A stretch of 64,000 nucleotides of DNA from contig CM022678.1 of assembly GCA_012295275.1 (NCBI GenBank), positions 10,540,001-10,604,000 of the forward strand, in the 5' to 3' direction. A model generated the notes under the pieces. That model saw only the letters and a program-made list of their open reading frames with translations. It ran no database searches and was not told the DNA's origin. Below, in pieces: positions 41,401 through 57,322 of this stretch. This DNA comes from Chrysomallon squamiferum (lineage: Eukaryota > Animalia > Mollusca). Made by a program: the position numbers and the translations under genes. Within the stretch, counting starts at the first letter, position 1. Each line of letters begins with the position of its first letter.

Positions 41401-44206
41401 AAAGAAATTAAGAAAGTGTAAATCAGAAATACATGGTTACTATTTTTACATATAAAAATCTTTGATGTACACACACCTTCTGGGATAGTTTATTCATTAT
41501 TACCATTATTTTATAAATCTTCAGTAAAATCAGTGCTCTTTGTAAGACTGTGATCCTTTGAACCCTGTTATATCACTACATAAACCAAGAAAAAAATATT
41601 GAGCCAGTATTTTAATATTTATTTAACATTCCAAGAATAGAAACATATATTAATAAGAAAATAATATGCATTTTACTTATTACTTCCTTTTCATTTTACT
41701 GAATAGTATGAGGAACATTAAACTTGCTGATCAGATGAAATTTTTATCTTCCTGGTGTATATATATATATATATTTTTTTTTTTTAGTGTATTTATTAGA
41801 TATTTTTGTTCACTGCAAAAGAATGCTTTTATTTTTTTCTTTTAAATTTTTTTTTTTTTTTTTTTTAATGGAAAATTAATAATATACATCCTGTTGTTCA
41901 GGTAAACAACTAGTTATAATGTAAAGTAAAGTGAATAGAATACTATTACCATATATGTATGTATATCAGTGACTGGGTTTCACGTGTGCTCTATAATTAG
42001 GTGTGAAAGGGGAATTTTTATAGAATTTTCCAGAAGTAATACGTACATCTCAGTATTCTAGTGAGAAGAAGGTATGGTATATTACCACAATTATAACAGA
42101 TTAACTCTTTAATAATATTATTATTATTATTATTAACTGACCACATATTATATCTATTATTAATTCCTGTTGTTTCTATGTTTCATGTGTTGTATTTACA
42201 CTGAGCTTAAGAAAGATTGAAGCTGGCAGATTTTATATGTATTAAAATAAGACATTATAAACCATGTTGGATTTAACTCATTTTCAAAATCTTTATTTTA
42301 TAAATAGTAAATAATTTCAGTAATTTATTAACAACAAATCATATGTGTGTTGCATTCTTACAACTTTTTATCATGAGTGCTACTGAACTTGTTTCTTTAA
42401 GTCTGACTATATATATCATAACAATCTTTTTTCTTTTCATAAGAGTATTTTAAAAGTTTATTATTATTATTATTAATGTTTATTTATTTATTTATTTATT
42501 TATTTATTTTAATGCTTTTCTTTTAATCATTTTTTTTATTTTTTTTATGCCACAAATTTTAAATGAATTTCTTTCTTAAAAATGAACCTGATAGATTGTT
42601 CATTATTTGTCCCAGAAGATTTCATTTAAAGAAATAGTTGACAAGGGCGTCATTTGCTTTTTAAGAAAACCACAAACAAAAACTTTGACTGTTTCATGAA
42701 CACAGACCTGCCTGACTAACACGACTCATTAAATATGTGACGACAGAGACCAACTGACCCACTACAAGTGACCCAGTGAATGCATACTGGTCAGTAGGTG
42801 TGACCACTAGACTTAAAATAGAGTTAATAGCCAGCTGGTGACAGGCAGACAGCCGATACAGAATTGGAGGGTGTGTACACTAACACTGTCTGCCTCGGTT
42901 CAGAGATAACTGGTAAATACCAGTTACACTTCATAACTGAATCTTTTGTTGTTGGTTTTTTTTTTATTATTATTATTTTTATTATTATTATTATTATTAT
43001 TACTACTATCATTATTATCATTAATATTATCATTATTATCATTAATATTATTACTATTATTTTGTTGTTTTTTCTTAACGATATGTTTGCGTTCTACTTG
43101 CTAAAAATCAAATCTTTTTTTGTTGTTTGCAAGTTGTTTGATAAAATTTTTTACTGTTATTATTTTTAAGAATATGTATTATGTTTGCATAGTATTTTTG
43201 AAAAAAATTTTTATTTTATATATATATATATTTTATGAAATATCAGTGACATTTTGTTCAAAGATTTAAGAATATTCAGTATTATTTATATACAAGGGTG
43301 TTTGAAAGAATCTTTTTCATTACTGTCAAAACTAACTGATAGAATACTATTAGTATTATTAGTTCTGCTTGACATCTTCAGAATCTTTTGTTGGTTTCTT
43401 TATTCACATATTTTATTTTTATTTTGTTTGTATATGTGCTGATAACTGTCTTGTAGTTATTTTACACTCTGATGCCACTTCATTATAGTTATCTACATAA
43501 TATATTGTAACAATTAATGTTGATGCATTACATCACTGCCATACTTCTGTTTGTTTTTAATCAACATGCACATTTTTGTTTATCACATGTAATTAATTAC
43601 TTTGCAATGCGACTGATGTTAATAAACAAACAGTGTTTATTTTTTTATTATAATTTTGCTTATGTAACATCATTTTTGTAGAAATGATCAGATGCTTATT
43701 TGCAAACAGCTAGGTGGTTAATTGTTTTCACATGACAGAATGGTTGTTTTCAGGAAAGGAATGTTCCCTATCTGTATGTTTTCTATTACATTTAGTGACT
43801 GAGAATAGTCTAGGATGAATTACACTTCTAACAGGTTGGTTAATCATGTTTGTGAGAAAGTAAAAGAGAAAAGAGAGATAAAGGCAGAGAATAAGAGAGC
43901 GAGAGAAAGAAAAAGAGAAAGAGCGAGAGAGAAGGAGAGAGAGATTATTATTTTTTATTCAGTTTGAATATTTTATGAATTTTGTTTATATTTTCTCATT
44001 TTTAAAATTTGTTTGTGTTGCTGTAAGTATTGAATTGTTAACATGAATGTTTATGATGTTTTATTGTATATAAAGTAAACTTTTTGTATTTACTATAGAT
44101 ATATGCATAATAAATAATATTAAATTTTTATATGTACATACATACATACATACAGTTTTAGTAAACTTTTGTGATTATTTCTAACATATTGGCATGTACA
44201 GTCATA

Positions 44207-44238
<32 letters not shown>

Positions 44239-47200
44239 GTGTGTGCTTTGTGTGCTTTGTGTGTGTGTGTGTGTGTGTGTGTGTGAACCACAAAAACACC
44301 ACTGAGTACTTTAACAATGACTTTTTAATATGGCTGAGATATGCTGTAGAGATAAAAATAACAAAAACAACAGTATTGGGGCAGATAGACCCGCCATCTG
44401 TTACGTCTTAAACCACTGGGAATTATCCGCTGGTATTTAGTAACCACTGATCCCATATGTGTATTGTTACACGTGTGTACACGTTTGTGTTCACATTTTG
44501 TGTGCAATACTGGAATGAATTTTAGGTAGGTGGCCAGAAATGTTCTAGACTTGCAGAAATACACGTTGAATCAAATAAGTGAGAATAAAAACAAACAAAC
44601 AAACCAAAAAATTAACAAATTACTTTTTTTTTATTTTATATTATAAATAAAGGCATGGATATGTGGAGAAAAATGGTGCAGAATGAAATATTATTGTTAG
44701 TGTTAATTGTAAACTTGAAGAATAATTGTTCTTGTTATTTAAAAAAAAATATATTTTTTGTTATTGGTAATATATTGAGTTCAGATGTTTCACCAGTTTA
44801 GAATATATTTATTATAGGTGGTCTTTTCTTTTTTCTTTTTTTTACATTTAATCATATACATGGTTTTAAACAAAGATACTGAAATTCACTACTTGTCATT
44901 ATCAGATTTCATTGTTACATGCTGGAAAGTATTTGCCAAATTTTAATCTGAAAAAAAAAAAAAAAAAAAAAAAAAGTTTGTTTAAAATCTTGCTAAATTT
45001 AATTAATTAGGTTTATTTTTAAATTATATGCTTCTTACTTTGATTAGTTTCAGTAATTGAAAGTGTATGTGTAAAAATAATTAGAAAAATAATAATAATA
45101 AAAGCAAAAACCTGACAAGAACAAAACAAAAACAAAAATACCACCAAAAGAACTAATGGAAGAAAGAAAAAGAAAAAAGCTTTCTTTGAGCCACTTAGAA
45201 GAACAGAAAACAAAATAAAAATAAATAATAAATTAGAAGAAAAACAAACAAAAAATCACTTTGTATTAAAAACACTGTCATTAATTCTATGGAATGCAAG
45301 TGCATGAAGATCATGACATACATAGACTAACCATTAACTATATATACATACACAGGACAGCTATTAGTTATTAGTTTAACAACACTAATTACAGCCCAGT
45401 GTATCATCATTGATATTCTTTAACAAGTGGAAGCAAAACACAATAGATTGATATTGATTGTACAGATTTTCTTACTCAGTTATATTCATTATTATGTTGG
45501 GATTTTGAGGATGGTGTAAAGTGCAATGTTTATGAGTAAAAGATAAATTTTTATTATATATATATATTTTTTGATATAAACATTTAACTGGTTGTTTGAT
45601 AAAGTAAATATGGTGATGGTCTAAAATACTCTTCATTTTATAGGTGGTGGTTTTATGCACAAGGTGTCTAAACATTTTAATTTTAAAAGAAGACGAAATG
45701 AAGGAAAACTGTTTTTATCTTGTAATAACAAATGCTGATCTATCCTGAATGATGTTGAAATTTGAACAGAACAGGTTGTTAAATGAGTTTTAAAATTTCT
45801 GTATCACAGGTGCATGGAACAAATTTATAATTTTCGTTAAAGACTGATGGCTGAGTATATGTTGATATACATTTCACAAGACAGATGGATTGTTAAATAA
45901 CAATTTTTATCATTTTTTTTTTTATTTATTTATTTATTTTTTTATTTATTTTTTTAATATATAAAACAGTTCTATATGACCTGAACATACAAGTAGTTAC
46001 AAAGACAGTTTTTATGTGAAAAAACAAAAAAAAACCTTGTGAAAGTCTGTGTGTTATTTACTTCCCGTGTGCTGATGGGTATTAGCTTGTCATGGAGAAC
46101 TCATCTTTTATAACACACATTGTGTGTTTGCAAACATTCTCTTAGTATGAGGATTGCTGCCAACAGCAGTATACTACTACTACCACCACCAGGCCTTCTC
46201 TCAGAATTCCTAGCCTGTGAATAATACATTCACAACCAAACTGTAAGTTCTTTTTTTTTATTATACTATATCTGCCAACAGTTAGGATTAGTCTGCACTT
46301 ATCTCCAACAGATCTGCAAATCCATTTCTTTATGATTGTTGTGTGTATTAATTTGTATTAACAATGTTTCCTTGGCTAATCCTGTTGGATCAGGAAATAA
46401 CTACCTAGATAAAGTTCCTGTCACCAGAACGGTAATCTGATAGACTTATTACCTGGTTTTCTTCCAGAATGAGAAGGTGACTTGAGGCCAGTAACCTTGG
46501 CTGTGAAAGGAAAAGACTTCGTTGTTTTTTTTTTTTGTTTTTTTTTTAAAGATAATTATTATTTTAGCTTATGTTACAGCATTAGGTCTTAGTTGTTGTT
46601 CTGTGCATGGTTGTAAATTTTATGCTGTTGCAGAATGTCTCTGTGCACATTTGAATGTTAATGAATATTTGAATACATTGTTATTTGATCATTTATTATG
46701 AAAGTAGTTTTTGTTTTGTTTATTATTTTATTATTATTGTAATTTTATATATAGACAGATAGGTAGTAAACATATATGCATATATACATACATACACACA
46801 CGTATAAATGTAATAAAAATAAAATTGTATTTTAAATTACTATAGGATGGATGTAACGTGTAGTACAGATGAGTTTTATTAGTAGTAGTGATTAGTTTTT
46901 CTAATAAGAAAAAAAATGAAATTATACTAATGAACATGGAATGGCAAAAAATGATGTGTTTTATGTGTCTGTGTGAGCCACATATTTTCAAATCATTATT
47001 ATATAATAATATAGATCCACAGTTGATTAACTGTTTCTTGTATTATTGTCTAAAATATTATGAATATAATTCTTTATTTACTGAAATAAGTAAAGCAGAT
47101 TTAAATTTTGTTACATCAGCCATTGTTCATCCTCACAATTTAATTTTAAACTGCTTATAGTCTTATCTATAGTACATAATCCTGGATGATGATGATGATA

Positions 47201-47512
47201 AATGCTTAATTTAAGTAACCATTAAGATTACGGAATACGAAATGAGAAAAGTATTACATTCATTTTAAAATAATTAAATCTTAATTCCTTTTCTCATTTG
47301 TTCTTTCTAAAAGTGAATGTGACCTTTTCTTCTCTTAATCCATTAAATGAAATGTTTCCTGTTCATCCATTTTGTGGAATAAACAAGTCCATTTGGAGAC
47401 ATTAGAGAAATTTTTCAATGAAACTCTCTATAAGGAAAGGCACATAATAAAAGACATGCTGCTGGCAGAAGAGAACGAAATTGACTTTTGTGGCTGCAGC
47501 CTTTTCCTTACT

Positions 47513-47579
<67 letters not shown>

Positions 47580-47850
47580 CTAGCCATGCTAACCTGATTT
47601 ATTAATATATTAAGTGGTTAATTATAAACCTTATATTTTTGTTGAAAGACGATACCTTTACCTGTATAGTTGAAACAGAATACAAGTCTGAAGAAATGAA
47701 TTACATTGTTGTAATTAAGTGGATATATCCAACACCTCGGTTATTCCAGTACTTTGTACTTAATTAGCAAAATTTACTTTTATATATATATATATTTTCT
47801 AATATAGTGGAACAGAATCCCCGATAACCAGATAATGTCAATTTATTTTG

Positions 47851-47890
<40 letters not shown>

Positions 47891-49392
47891 GAATACGTAT
47901 AGATTTTTTCTTTCTTTACATATGTAATAATATATTTATTATAAAGAGAAAACTATTTTTGAAAAAATTCTATAAATCATAACATTTAGATATATGATGA
48001 TATTGATTTCCCAGAGTAATACGAGCATTTTGTTCTGATTATGTGTTGTCATGGTTACGAGAATTGCCAACACCATTGATGTATATAAATGCTTTCATAA
48101 CATGTTCAGGTAAATTGCTTAAATTTCTGATTAGCAGGTTTGTAGCCGATACTTTTTTTTTCTCTATCATTCACATATCTTTTTTTTTTTTTCACAGCTT
48201 GTGATATATTTACTAAATATAGAACGTTATCCATTTTGTTGTTTTGCAGTGGTTTCATAGATAAATAATTTATTAGGGCAATAATGGAAAGGTACTGAAA
48301 GGTTCAAAGTAGTGTTAAAAAGGGAAAATTGGGTGTGGGTGTATATTATTGATAGGTTTGTAGTTGTTAACTGTATTTGTACGATTTGATTCATTTTATT
48401 CTGTATATTTATCTCGTACAGATGAATGAAAGACATTAGGCAATTCCGTTTCTATTGATTTGTCATTGGTTTGCAGAAATAAAAATGCAACTGTTTCTGC
48501 AAATGTCAGAATTGCTCTTTTCCTCAGAAGATTAAAATGTTCAAAAGAAATAATGACAGAGAAGAATAAAAAATGAAAAAGTGCTGTTGCTTAAATTTTC
48601 TATTAAATGAAGTGATTTAAGAAATTATTCTGACAGTTAACAACATTAAGATGTGCACTGCAATTCTTTATTAAAAAAGTGCATCAGATTTTTAAATCAT
48701 ATTGGCTGTATTCCACTATCTTTATAATTTATATATTTATTTATTTATTTTATAATTTATTATTATTGTTTTTATTATTATTATTAATAATAATAATAAT
48801 ATCATTATCATCATCATCATCATCATTATTATTAACATTATTACTAGTAACTATTACTTTTATTATTATTTATTTATTTATTCATTTATTTTTATTATTA
48901 TTTATTATTTTATTATTTGTTACTTAACTAATTGGGGTTATAACTATTTACTTCTGAAGTAGCACAATTTACGTGAATCGTGAACACACAGTCGTAAGTA
49001 TTTTTACCATTGCAGATACTTTGAGTATATGCTCTGTTATGGGATCACCTTGAAACTCTGATGAAACTTGAACATTATGAAACATTTTTTTATGCTGTTC
49101 TGATGCAACTGTAAATGTCTCTGAATAACTGAGTAATCTGATACAACTCTTTTGTCTTACCAGGTACTGCTGTCTGCTCTTTCATTGTAACCACCTGTAT
49201 CTATATCAAAAACCTTACAACAGTACCATTCAGCTATTTGTTTTATTATTGTTATTCCAATTACATTTTATAGATAATGTCCTTTTCTTCTTTCTTTTTT
49301 TTTAAATTTATTTATATATATTTTTTAATTTTGATATATTATTATTATTATTACTTTTTTATTTTATTTATACATATATTATAAATTTTAAA

Positions 49393-49423
<31 letters not shown>

Positions 49424-50131
49424 ATGGGTTGATTGTAACTAATTATCTGCGGTTCAGCATATTTTTTATTATTATTTTTTTTTAATTACCTGCTGATTTG
49501 TTAATGCAGAAAAGAACATTTTTCTTTTCTTATTTTTTATTTTATTTTATTATTATTATTATTTTTTTTTCATTTGTAATGATAGAGCTATATTGTTTTT
49601 CAAGAGTTCACTGATGTAAAAACAATTAATTTGTTAACAATTGAGCATGAATTTGATTAATGTCAAGAATGCCTCTATTAAAATGAAAATTACATTGAAA
49701 TCTAGTGACTGTTCTTGCAAAACTATAGTCAGTGTTTTGTCAGATGAAATAGATTGGATTTGAAAAAATAAAAATAAAAATAAAGAAAAGAAGAGGAATG
49801 GTTCTTTGACATCTCCCAAAATTGATGCTGACATCTCTATTATGCTTGCTGTATTTTTCACAGGCCTGGTTTAATTTGATATTTGTTTCACATTCGCTAC
49901 TATAATATTGTTACATTGTTTTAAACTAACCACACTCAACATACATTTTAGAATATTACCTATGGTTAATGTAGATTTCAAAAATAATTTTTATTATTAC
50001 TCTCTTTAAATCAGGTTTAATAATATGTTAGAAGGTAAAATAAACATTTGTATTATTTGTATGATTTGACCAAAGGAATGAATTTTTTTTTCTTCTTCTT
50101 CTTCTTATTATTATTATGTAGATATAAATTT

Positions 50132-50162
<31 letters not shown>

Positions 50163-53100
50163 ATTTTTTTGTGGAGACGTTTAAGGAACTTAAAATTACA
50201 GTTTGTTCCAACTTTTGAAACTTATTAAACTTTTTGAAGATAATATTATAAAATGATGTACAGTACAATCTATATTTATGAAGGATCATTCATCAATACA
50301 GGAAGAAAATGAGTTATATGAAATAAATAGCTTTTTTTTTTTTCTTTTTTTTTTTCTCTTAGCTGCAAGAGGTCTTTTATTATCCTTACAATAAACCCCA
50401 AAATCATTCATCTCTTGCTGGGAAGTTACATCTACTTTGATGAAAACAGATTTTTTTTATATTGTCCCTCTACTCCAAAAATTGAGTCTCAGCCTGTTCC
50501 ATGAAACCTGTGCTAAAGATGGGACTTGACAGCTTCATGTCTCACTGACACATTAAAAATTGTCAGTCCAGAAACTCTAAGGTCAGAACACTTAAGAAAT
50601 TTGATGAATTTAGCCTTGATCCCTCTCTAGACCATTTCCTCATCACACTTCTCTTTAGGTGACTGGTGAACTGAAACACAGGACTTCACTTTCAGATTAC
50701 ATCTGATGATCTTATGAGGATACTAATAACTGTTACCAATACAATTTCCTATGGGAGAAAAAAAAATTGCTTTCTGTTAAGCTTTTGTACTCTGCAATTT
50801 GGCAGGATTTTCTTGTAGAACTTAAACATAATAATTTTGTTTATATCTCGTAATTTTGGCAGTTTAAGATAGGTGGTCTGTGTTTTGAAAAATGATTATT
50901 AAATATCATTAATATGTAAATTAAAATTTTATTTATTTTTGGTGATGTTCGTGAGAGTGCCATTGGCAGCAAAGAACAAAAATAACTATAAAGATTTTTA
51001 ATAATATTACCATCATCCTTTTTTAAAAATTTATGTTTGTTATTGTCTTTCACTTCTTTTATTCTTGAAAACTACATTCCAATATTTTTGCAGTGGTAAA
51101 CATGCAGAAATTCCATAACTGCCTGTAATCATTCCTTCAGACATCAATTCTGAGCATTCCTGAATTTGATAGCCCATTCATGAATGCCATTTGTAAAACA
51201 CTCAATTGAGAAGGGCAGAGTATCTGTTCTATTTTTTTTTTTTCTCTTCCAATCAGCTTACTATCTAGTTGTTGTTACTGACCTGACCTGCATATTGAAT
51301 TCTGATAATGAAGATCCCAAGTACACATTTTTTTTTTTGCTGGAAAATGTCACCAAGGATTGATTTTGCGTTCTTCAATAATTTTTTTTTTTTTTTTTTT
51401 TAAATTTCTTTTTAATCTCATTTCATGAGTTATTATTATTGTTTTTTTTTTTTCTCTCTCTTGACAAAAGAATCTAAAATTCTAATTCTTTCTTTCACAG
51501 TTTTATCCTGCTATTTTTTTAAAATCTTTATTTAAAAATAAGATAATTTCGTCTCCACCTATCTCTTGAATATTTTCTTAGTGGGGAACTACAGTAATTC
51601 ATTGTATATTTGGTTTGATTCATTTTAGAATACTTCCATTATTAAGTGGGTTGTGAACTTTAGATGAACCTGTTATGTAATATAAAAAGTAAAATTAGAA
51701 GTAATAAAATATATAAAAAAATTTAAAATAAAATAAAGAAATACAGTTCCAAGAGAAGATTTATAAAAGGGCTTTACAAAAAAGAAACGATATTTAAAAA
51801 AAAAAAAAATTTAAAACCTGAATTGCATAACCATTTACAATAAAGTTTCTTTTTTATTTTATTTATTTTTTGTCTTTTTTCTTATTTTGTCTAGCAAAGT
51901 GTGTGATGTTTCATCGATTAAGTATGTCTGAATTCAATTAAAAATTTATTTTTTTGGACTGTTTTTTTTTTGGTTTTATTATATTTTTTACTTTAAATAT
52001 AAAAGTATCAGTTAATACTGTATTTACATTTAGAAAGCTTAATATTTCATTATATAAAAAATTTGTTTTATAACAATGGTGAAATTGGTGTAATGAATCT
52101 GCAAAGACATTTATTTGTTGGTTCCTTGTTTTATTTAAAAAAAATTTCTGCATATTAATCCTGGTTAAATAAAATCACATTAAAGCTGTCTTAAAGATTA
52201 CGTGACTTCTATTCACTTGAAAAAACATTTAACAGACACATTTTCCATGTAGCTTGAGTACTCACCATGCAAAAGTGAGTTAAATTAATCATAGTTTCCT
52301 AATTAATACTTTTGTTTTTTTGTTTGTTTTTAATCTGCCCTTTCTCCCACTTAACTTGCAAGCCATCCTGGCTTTTGCCCATCATATTTAAAAAAATAAT
52401 ATCAGCTCTTTTAGAAACTGTGTCAGTGTTCTCAAAGGATTATCTCTGGTGGAGAAACACATTTTTAAAAAAGGTATTGGCCTAAAAAACACTTGACAAC
52501 GAAGGGACCTTGAGTTTCCCAGTCCTCATTACTTGTCAAGTACCAACAAGATCTTTGTGAATGACTTTGTTCACTGAGTTTCTAACATTGACACTTTAGT
52601 TATCACCCTTCCTCTAGGTAAGCAGCTGAAAAAAAATACTTGTGCAGGTTAAGGTTAATTCATAGTTCATGTCAGATTCATTTTATAATTTGTATGTTAA
52701 TATCTGTTTTTTTTCAGGTATAGTTGTATATTTGTCTTTGTTTTTGTTTATTTAGCTACGTTAATTCTTATTTCATTATAAATTATTTTTTAAGATATGA
52801 CTGTGTGTATGTGTGTTATTTCATTTATTTATAGTAACATATATTTTATATTACCATAGGTTATTACATAATATTACATTATATTACATTCTATTAAATT
52901 ATAGGTTTTATTTGTTCTGATTTTATTATTTTAATTATAATTTGGCCTAAGTATATTAGCTTACAATAATTTAAAGCTCCATTCAATTTCCATTATAAAC
53001 AGGTATAAATTAACAATAAAGGTAATCTGTTGCTATTGGTAACTAATGATTTCTTACCAGTCAGTCTGAATAATTAATTTTAATCCGTGTAAATAGTAGA

Positions 53101-53187
53101 TCCAATAAACACACTAGGGCTTAAATATCCATTACTGGGTTTTTAAATAGTTTTTTAAAGATTTTGTAATTTTAAAAAAAAAAAAAA

Positions 53188-53225
<38 letters not shown>

Positions 53226-54116
53226 ATATTTTTATATTTACTTCTTCTTATACATATTTGAAACATGTATTACTTTTCCTTTTTTTTTTTTTATTATTTT
53301 TAGAATTTTTTTTCTGTTTGTTTGATGATAACATGCAGTTCACATTCATATCACAAGTTGCCCTCATGCTGTGCTATGCTGTGGGTCACGTGCGTCTTGG
53401 GGATTCTCTCATACCTTGATCTTTGTCTTGATCCAGTTGACATGCTTTCTTGCGACATGTCTGTTACCCATAGAGACACGTCTATCTTTATAAATCATTA
53501 AAAATATTTACCAGAACAGAAAATATTTTAGAAGTACTTTTTAAAAGTTTCTTCTCATGTAGCGTTTTTGTTGAATTTTACTCATAGAACAGAAAGGATT
53601 GTAGAAATAATTTTAAAGCTTTCATTTTAATATAGCGTTTTCTTGAAATCTATTTATATAGAATAGAACATAGAGTATTTTAAAGCTTTCTTTTATTTTT
53701 TATGGTATTTGTTGAAATTTATTTATATTAAAATAGGAGATGGTTTAGAAAAAAGTAAATTGCGGAAAAATAATATTAGAAAATAATCCAGAATAAGTTT
53801 TAATACTTTATTTTATAACTTGTTGAAAATTATTTGTTAAAACAGAAAATATTTATGAAAGTTTTATTAAATAACACTATTTAGAAATCATTTGAGAAAA
53901 AATCTTCTGTTGAATTATATTTAACAAAAGATATTTCTAGAATGGGGTTTAAAATTATATTTTTCTAAAAACAATATTTAGAAAGTATTCCACAAATGTT
54001 TTAAAACTTAGAATTAAAAATATTTCTGAAATGTGTTGTAAAGTTTTGTTGTGTAACCAGTTTAATTGTATAATGAAGTTAGCCCCAATTAACAATGTTC
54101 GGAATCCTCTGCTTGA

Positions 54117-54175
<59 letters not shown>

Positions 54176-54970
54176 TTTATTTTTATTTTTTCTCCTCTTT
54201 TTCTGTGAAAATAAAACAGAAATAACCTCCAGGCATTTTCACAAGTGTTATTCTGTCATACAGAAATGTCATTTTAGTACATGTCTTAAATGTGTGAATT
54301 TCCAAAAATACTCCTAGAAAGATTAAAAAAAATAAAATAATAATTATAATAATTATAATAATAATAAAGACAGTAATAAATAAATAAATGTAATAATAAT
54401 AAACTAAAAAAGAAATATGTATAACAACTGTAAGATTCATGTGTGTGTGTGTGTGTGTGTGTGTGTTTGTGTGTTTGTGTCTATAAAACAAAATTTAAAA
54501 TGTAATTCAAACTTAAAGAATATTATATGGGTAATTTTGCCATTTTATCATGTTCTGTTACTTGGCTGACATCAAATTGAAATTAGTTACAATCTCTTGT
54601 AATGAAAAGAGCTCAGTATTTTAGTTGTTAATATAACTAAATTTGTTATTTATTTATATCATTTTTTTTTTTTCATTAATAAACGTACCTTGTTACAGTT
54701 TCTGTAATTTATTTTAATGTTAATCTTCTTTTCAGAATTAATATACAGATAATATTGTGTCTGTGTGCGTGTGTGTGTGTGTGTAAACCACTGTTACAGA
54801 TGATCTATGGTGAAAGAAATGAATTTAAGATTGGGTTAACAAAGATTTTTGTCATTTATAGAGGGGTGTGTTGTAACAAATGTCATTCCTAAATTAATGA
54901 AGTGTCCTTGAAAGTATTTTCTTTCTTGAAGTAGAAGTGGACTCCATTTAATAGTAAAACAAAATTATAT

Positions 54971-55004
<34 letters not shown>

Positions 55005-55416
55005 AGTATCTATAAATATGTATATGTTAAGTCTGTTAGTACCAGATGTATTTTTAGAAATTAGCAGCATGTTGTACCAGTCAGTTTATGAATGCTCATG
55101 CTTTATTACACCTGTAGTTACCTGTGTGACGTGGGTGAATTGAATGTCGATTGCATACCTATAACAATGGATCAGCTTGTTTACTTCCCTGTAACAAACG
55201 ATAAACTTGTTTATTCTCCAGGTAGCGTGTCACGGCAGGTTAATCTAAGATCTTACCTGAAATATCTCTTACGTTGATTATTGTATCGTTTTGGTATTGT
55301 TTCGGTCATTTTGAAGAAATGTGTGTGACCATCCTTAATCAGTATATATTTAAAGCAGTGTATAAATTTTAAAATGTTTTCAATGTAATGTTAAATAAAA
55401 CTCTATGTGTGTGTTT

Positions 55417-55448
<32 letters not shown>

Positions 55449-55938
55449 CTTTAACCTTTTCCAAACATTCCTTCGATATGGTAGCCATTTTCAGATTTTA
55501 TTTTCAATGAATACATTTAATTTTTCTAAATAAAAGAAGATTAAATCATAAAACTTTATATATGAAACCATTAAGACGTTTTACTTGCTGGCAAAAGTTT
55601 TCTTCATTCTGGTATTTATTGTCGGATTTTCTTTTCAGATCAGTTTTCAGCAATTTAAATGAAGATTAGTATAAAACTTAAAAGTAAAGATTATAACATT
55701 TAAGCTGTTTACCAGATCAAGAATTTTCTTCATATACTATCATTAATTCTACAAATTTCAGTAAACGCAGATTACTTCACAAAAATAAATGAAGATTAGT
55801 CATAAATCTTCATAAACAAATTATACGGCTACTTTTCTTTTCCATTCTTTAACCTTCAAACTAAACGGCATGGATTTCTGAATCATTTTTATTACTGAGT
55901 CACTGTAATGTGTCAAGCATTATAATTCCACAAACTGA

Positions 55939-56016
55939 CAGTTGGTAGTCGAAGATTAATTTATGATGACAAAGCAGCTATATTTCCATTTCTATAAATA
56001 TCTTGATAACAACATC
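55939..56016 (+). repeat. 78-bp dispersed direct repeat, copy 1 (copy 2 at 57323-57400)
   Basis: cagttggtagtcgaagattaatttatgatgacaaagcagctatatttccatttctataaatatcttgataacaacatc; about 5 mismatches between copies. Confidence 0.85.
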
Positions 56017-56739
56017 AATCTAAGAAATCCAAGTGAGTGTGTCTGTGAAAAATAAGCATTGGTCAGTTTTAGAAATCAGATGACATTGATTTTTATGGGA
56101 CTAAATACTTTATAGGCATTAAAATAGAAATTAAAAAAAAAAAAAACAGTTAATGCAGATTTTTGGTTTATTGTTGTTAATTTTATATACAATTAACAAG
56201 GAGAGTAATTAAAAATGAGTAAAGAAGAAAAATTCAGATATTCTATGACTTTATAATTTTATGTTCTGATTAAAAATACATCAGTTTACAAGTAAAGATG
56301 ACATATGACTGGCTACTTGGTTTTAATCTGGGTTTTTTTATTTGATTTCTATTTGATCCTAGGAATTTAAATGTATTTCTGCTGATATCTTGTATAGAAA
56401 TTTTAAGCATGTATTCTAATTATATACAGTACTGCAGCTTTTTCTGTCAGCTGTTAATATATTAATACAGTGATGTCTTTGGTTAGCTAATTTTAATCTG
56501 TTACTGATATATAATTACAATTCTTACCCAGGAACTCGCACATATTTGTACTGATATATTGATTTGAATGAAATATATGTCTAATTATAGTCATTTACTA
56601 ACAAGCCATAAATAACTAGTATTACAAATATCTCATAGTTTATATGAGTTACAATAATATAAAAAAAAATCTGATGTGTACAATCGGTATTACTGACATG
56701 TGTACACACACACACACAATCAATCACTGACTCATTGAT

Positions 56740-57137
56740 CCTTCCCCGACCACCCGTAAAAAACGCACACACTGTCCTCTGCTGTTATTAACACAGGCCA
56801 CGTTTTTCACGAAACAATTTCACGTGAGTTGGGCAACGTGATTACGACACTGGTAAGCAATTTGTACAGGGTGTGCCGTGAACCGGCTAGCAGATTAGTC
56901 CCGTCACCAGTGATTTCTTTAATTAAGGACAACAGTTACTCAACAGGCAGTCAGACTTGGTACATGCATGCATGCCAACTGGATAGACAGTCGACTTCTT
57001 TTGTTAGTGGCAAAGCAGGGCTTTTACACACGAGGCTTGTTCCTACCATTCTGACATCGCGTAAGGTGACCAGTTCGTTTCTGTTCGTTCGTCTTGAAAA
57101 GAAAGTTGGTTACAGCAGCTGGTTGTGGCTCATGTCA
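56740..57137 (+). promoter_or_regulatory. Candidate proximal alternative promoter and first exon of PRL/PTP4A
   Basis: GC/CpG-enriched island in an AT-rich intron. E-boxes CACGTT (~56799) and TCACGTGA (56820-56827). Ends at ATG TCA|GTAAGT (57137/57138). Confidence 0.5.
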
Positions 57138-57322
57138 GTAAGTGGAAGTTCTCTGTAATGCGTATAATTGTAATACTTGATAATGTGGATTGAATGTAAA
57201 GATGTCCATGTCTTTACAAACAAGATCTGTAGCATAGTAATAATCATGTGATAATTATATATAATTGTATACTTGGTATGTGAAATGTCTGTATCGTTAT
57301 AAATGAGATCTGGATCATGTGG

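Noticed and set aside
47660-47845. Possible Tigger/pogo-like MITE remnant
   Set aside because: No matching pair of TIRs or TSD could be established.
34680-51680. Multiple D-box-like TTATGTAA motifs in PRL intron 1
   Set aside because: They are expected frequently by chance at this AT content.
56829-57158. 109-aa ORF as a stand-alone gene
   Set aside because: It has a non-ATG start and no recognisable domain, and is better explained as promoter or first-exon sequence of PRL.
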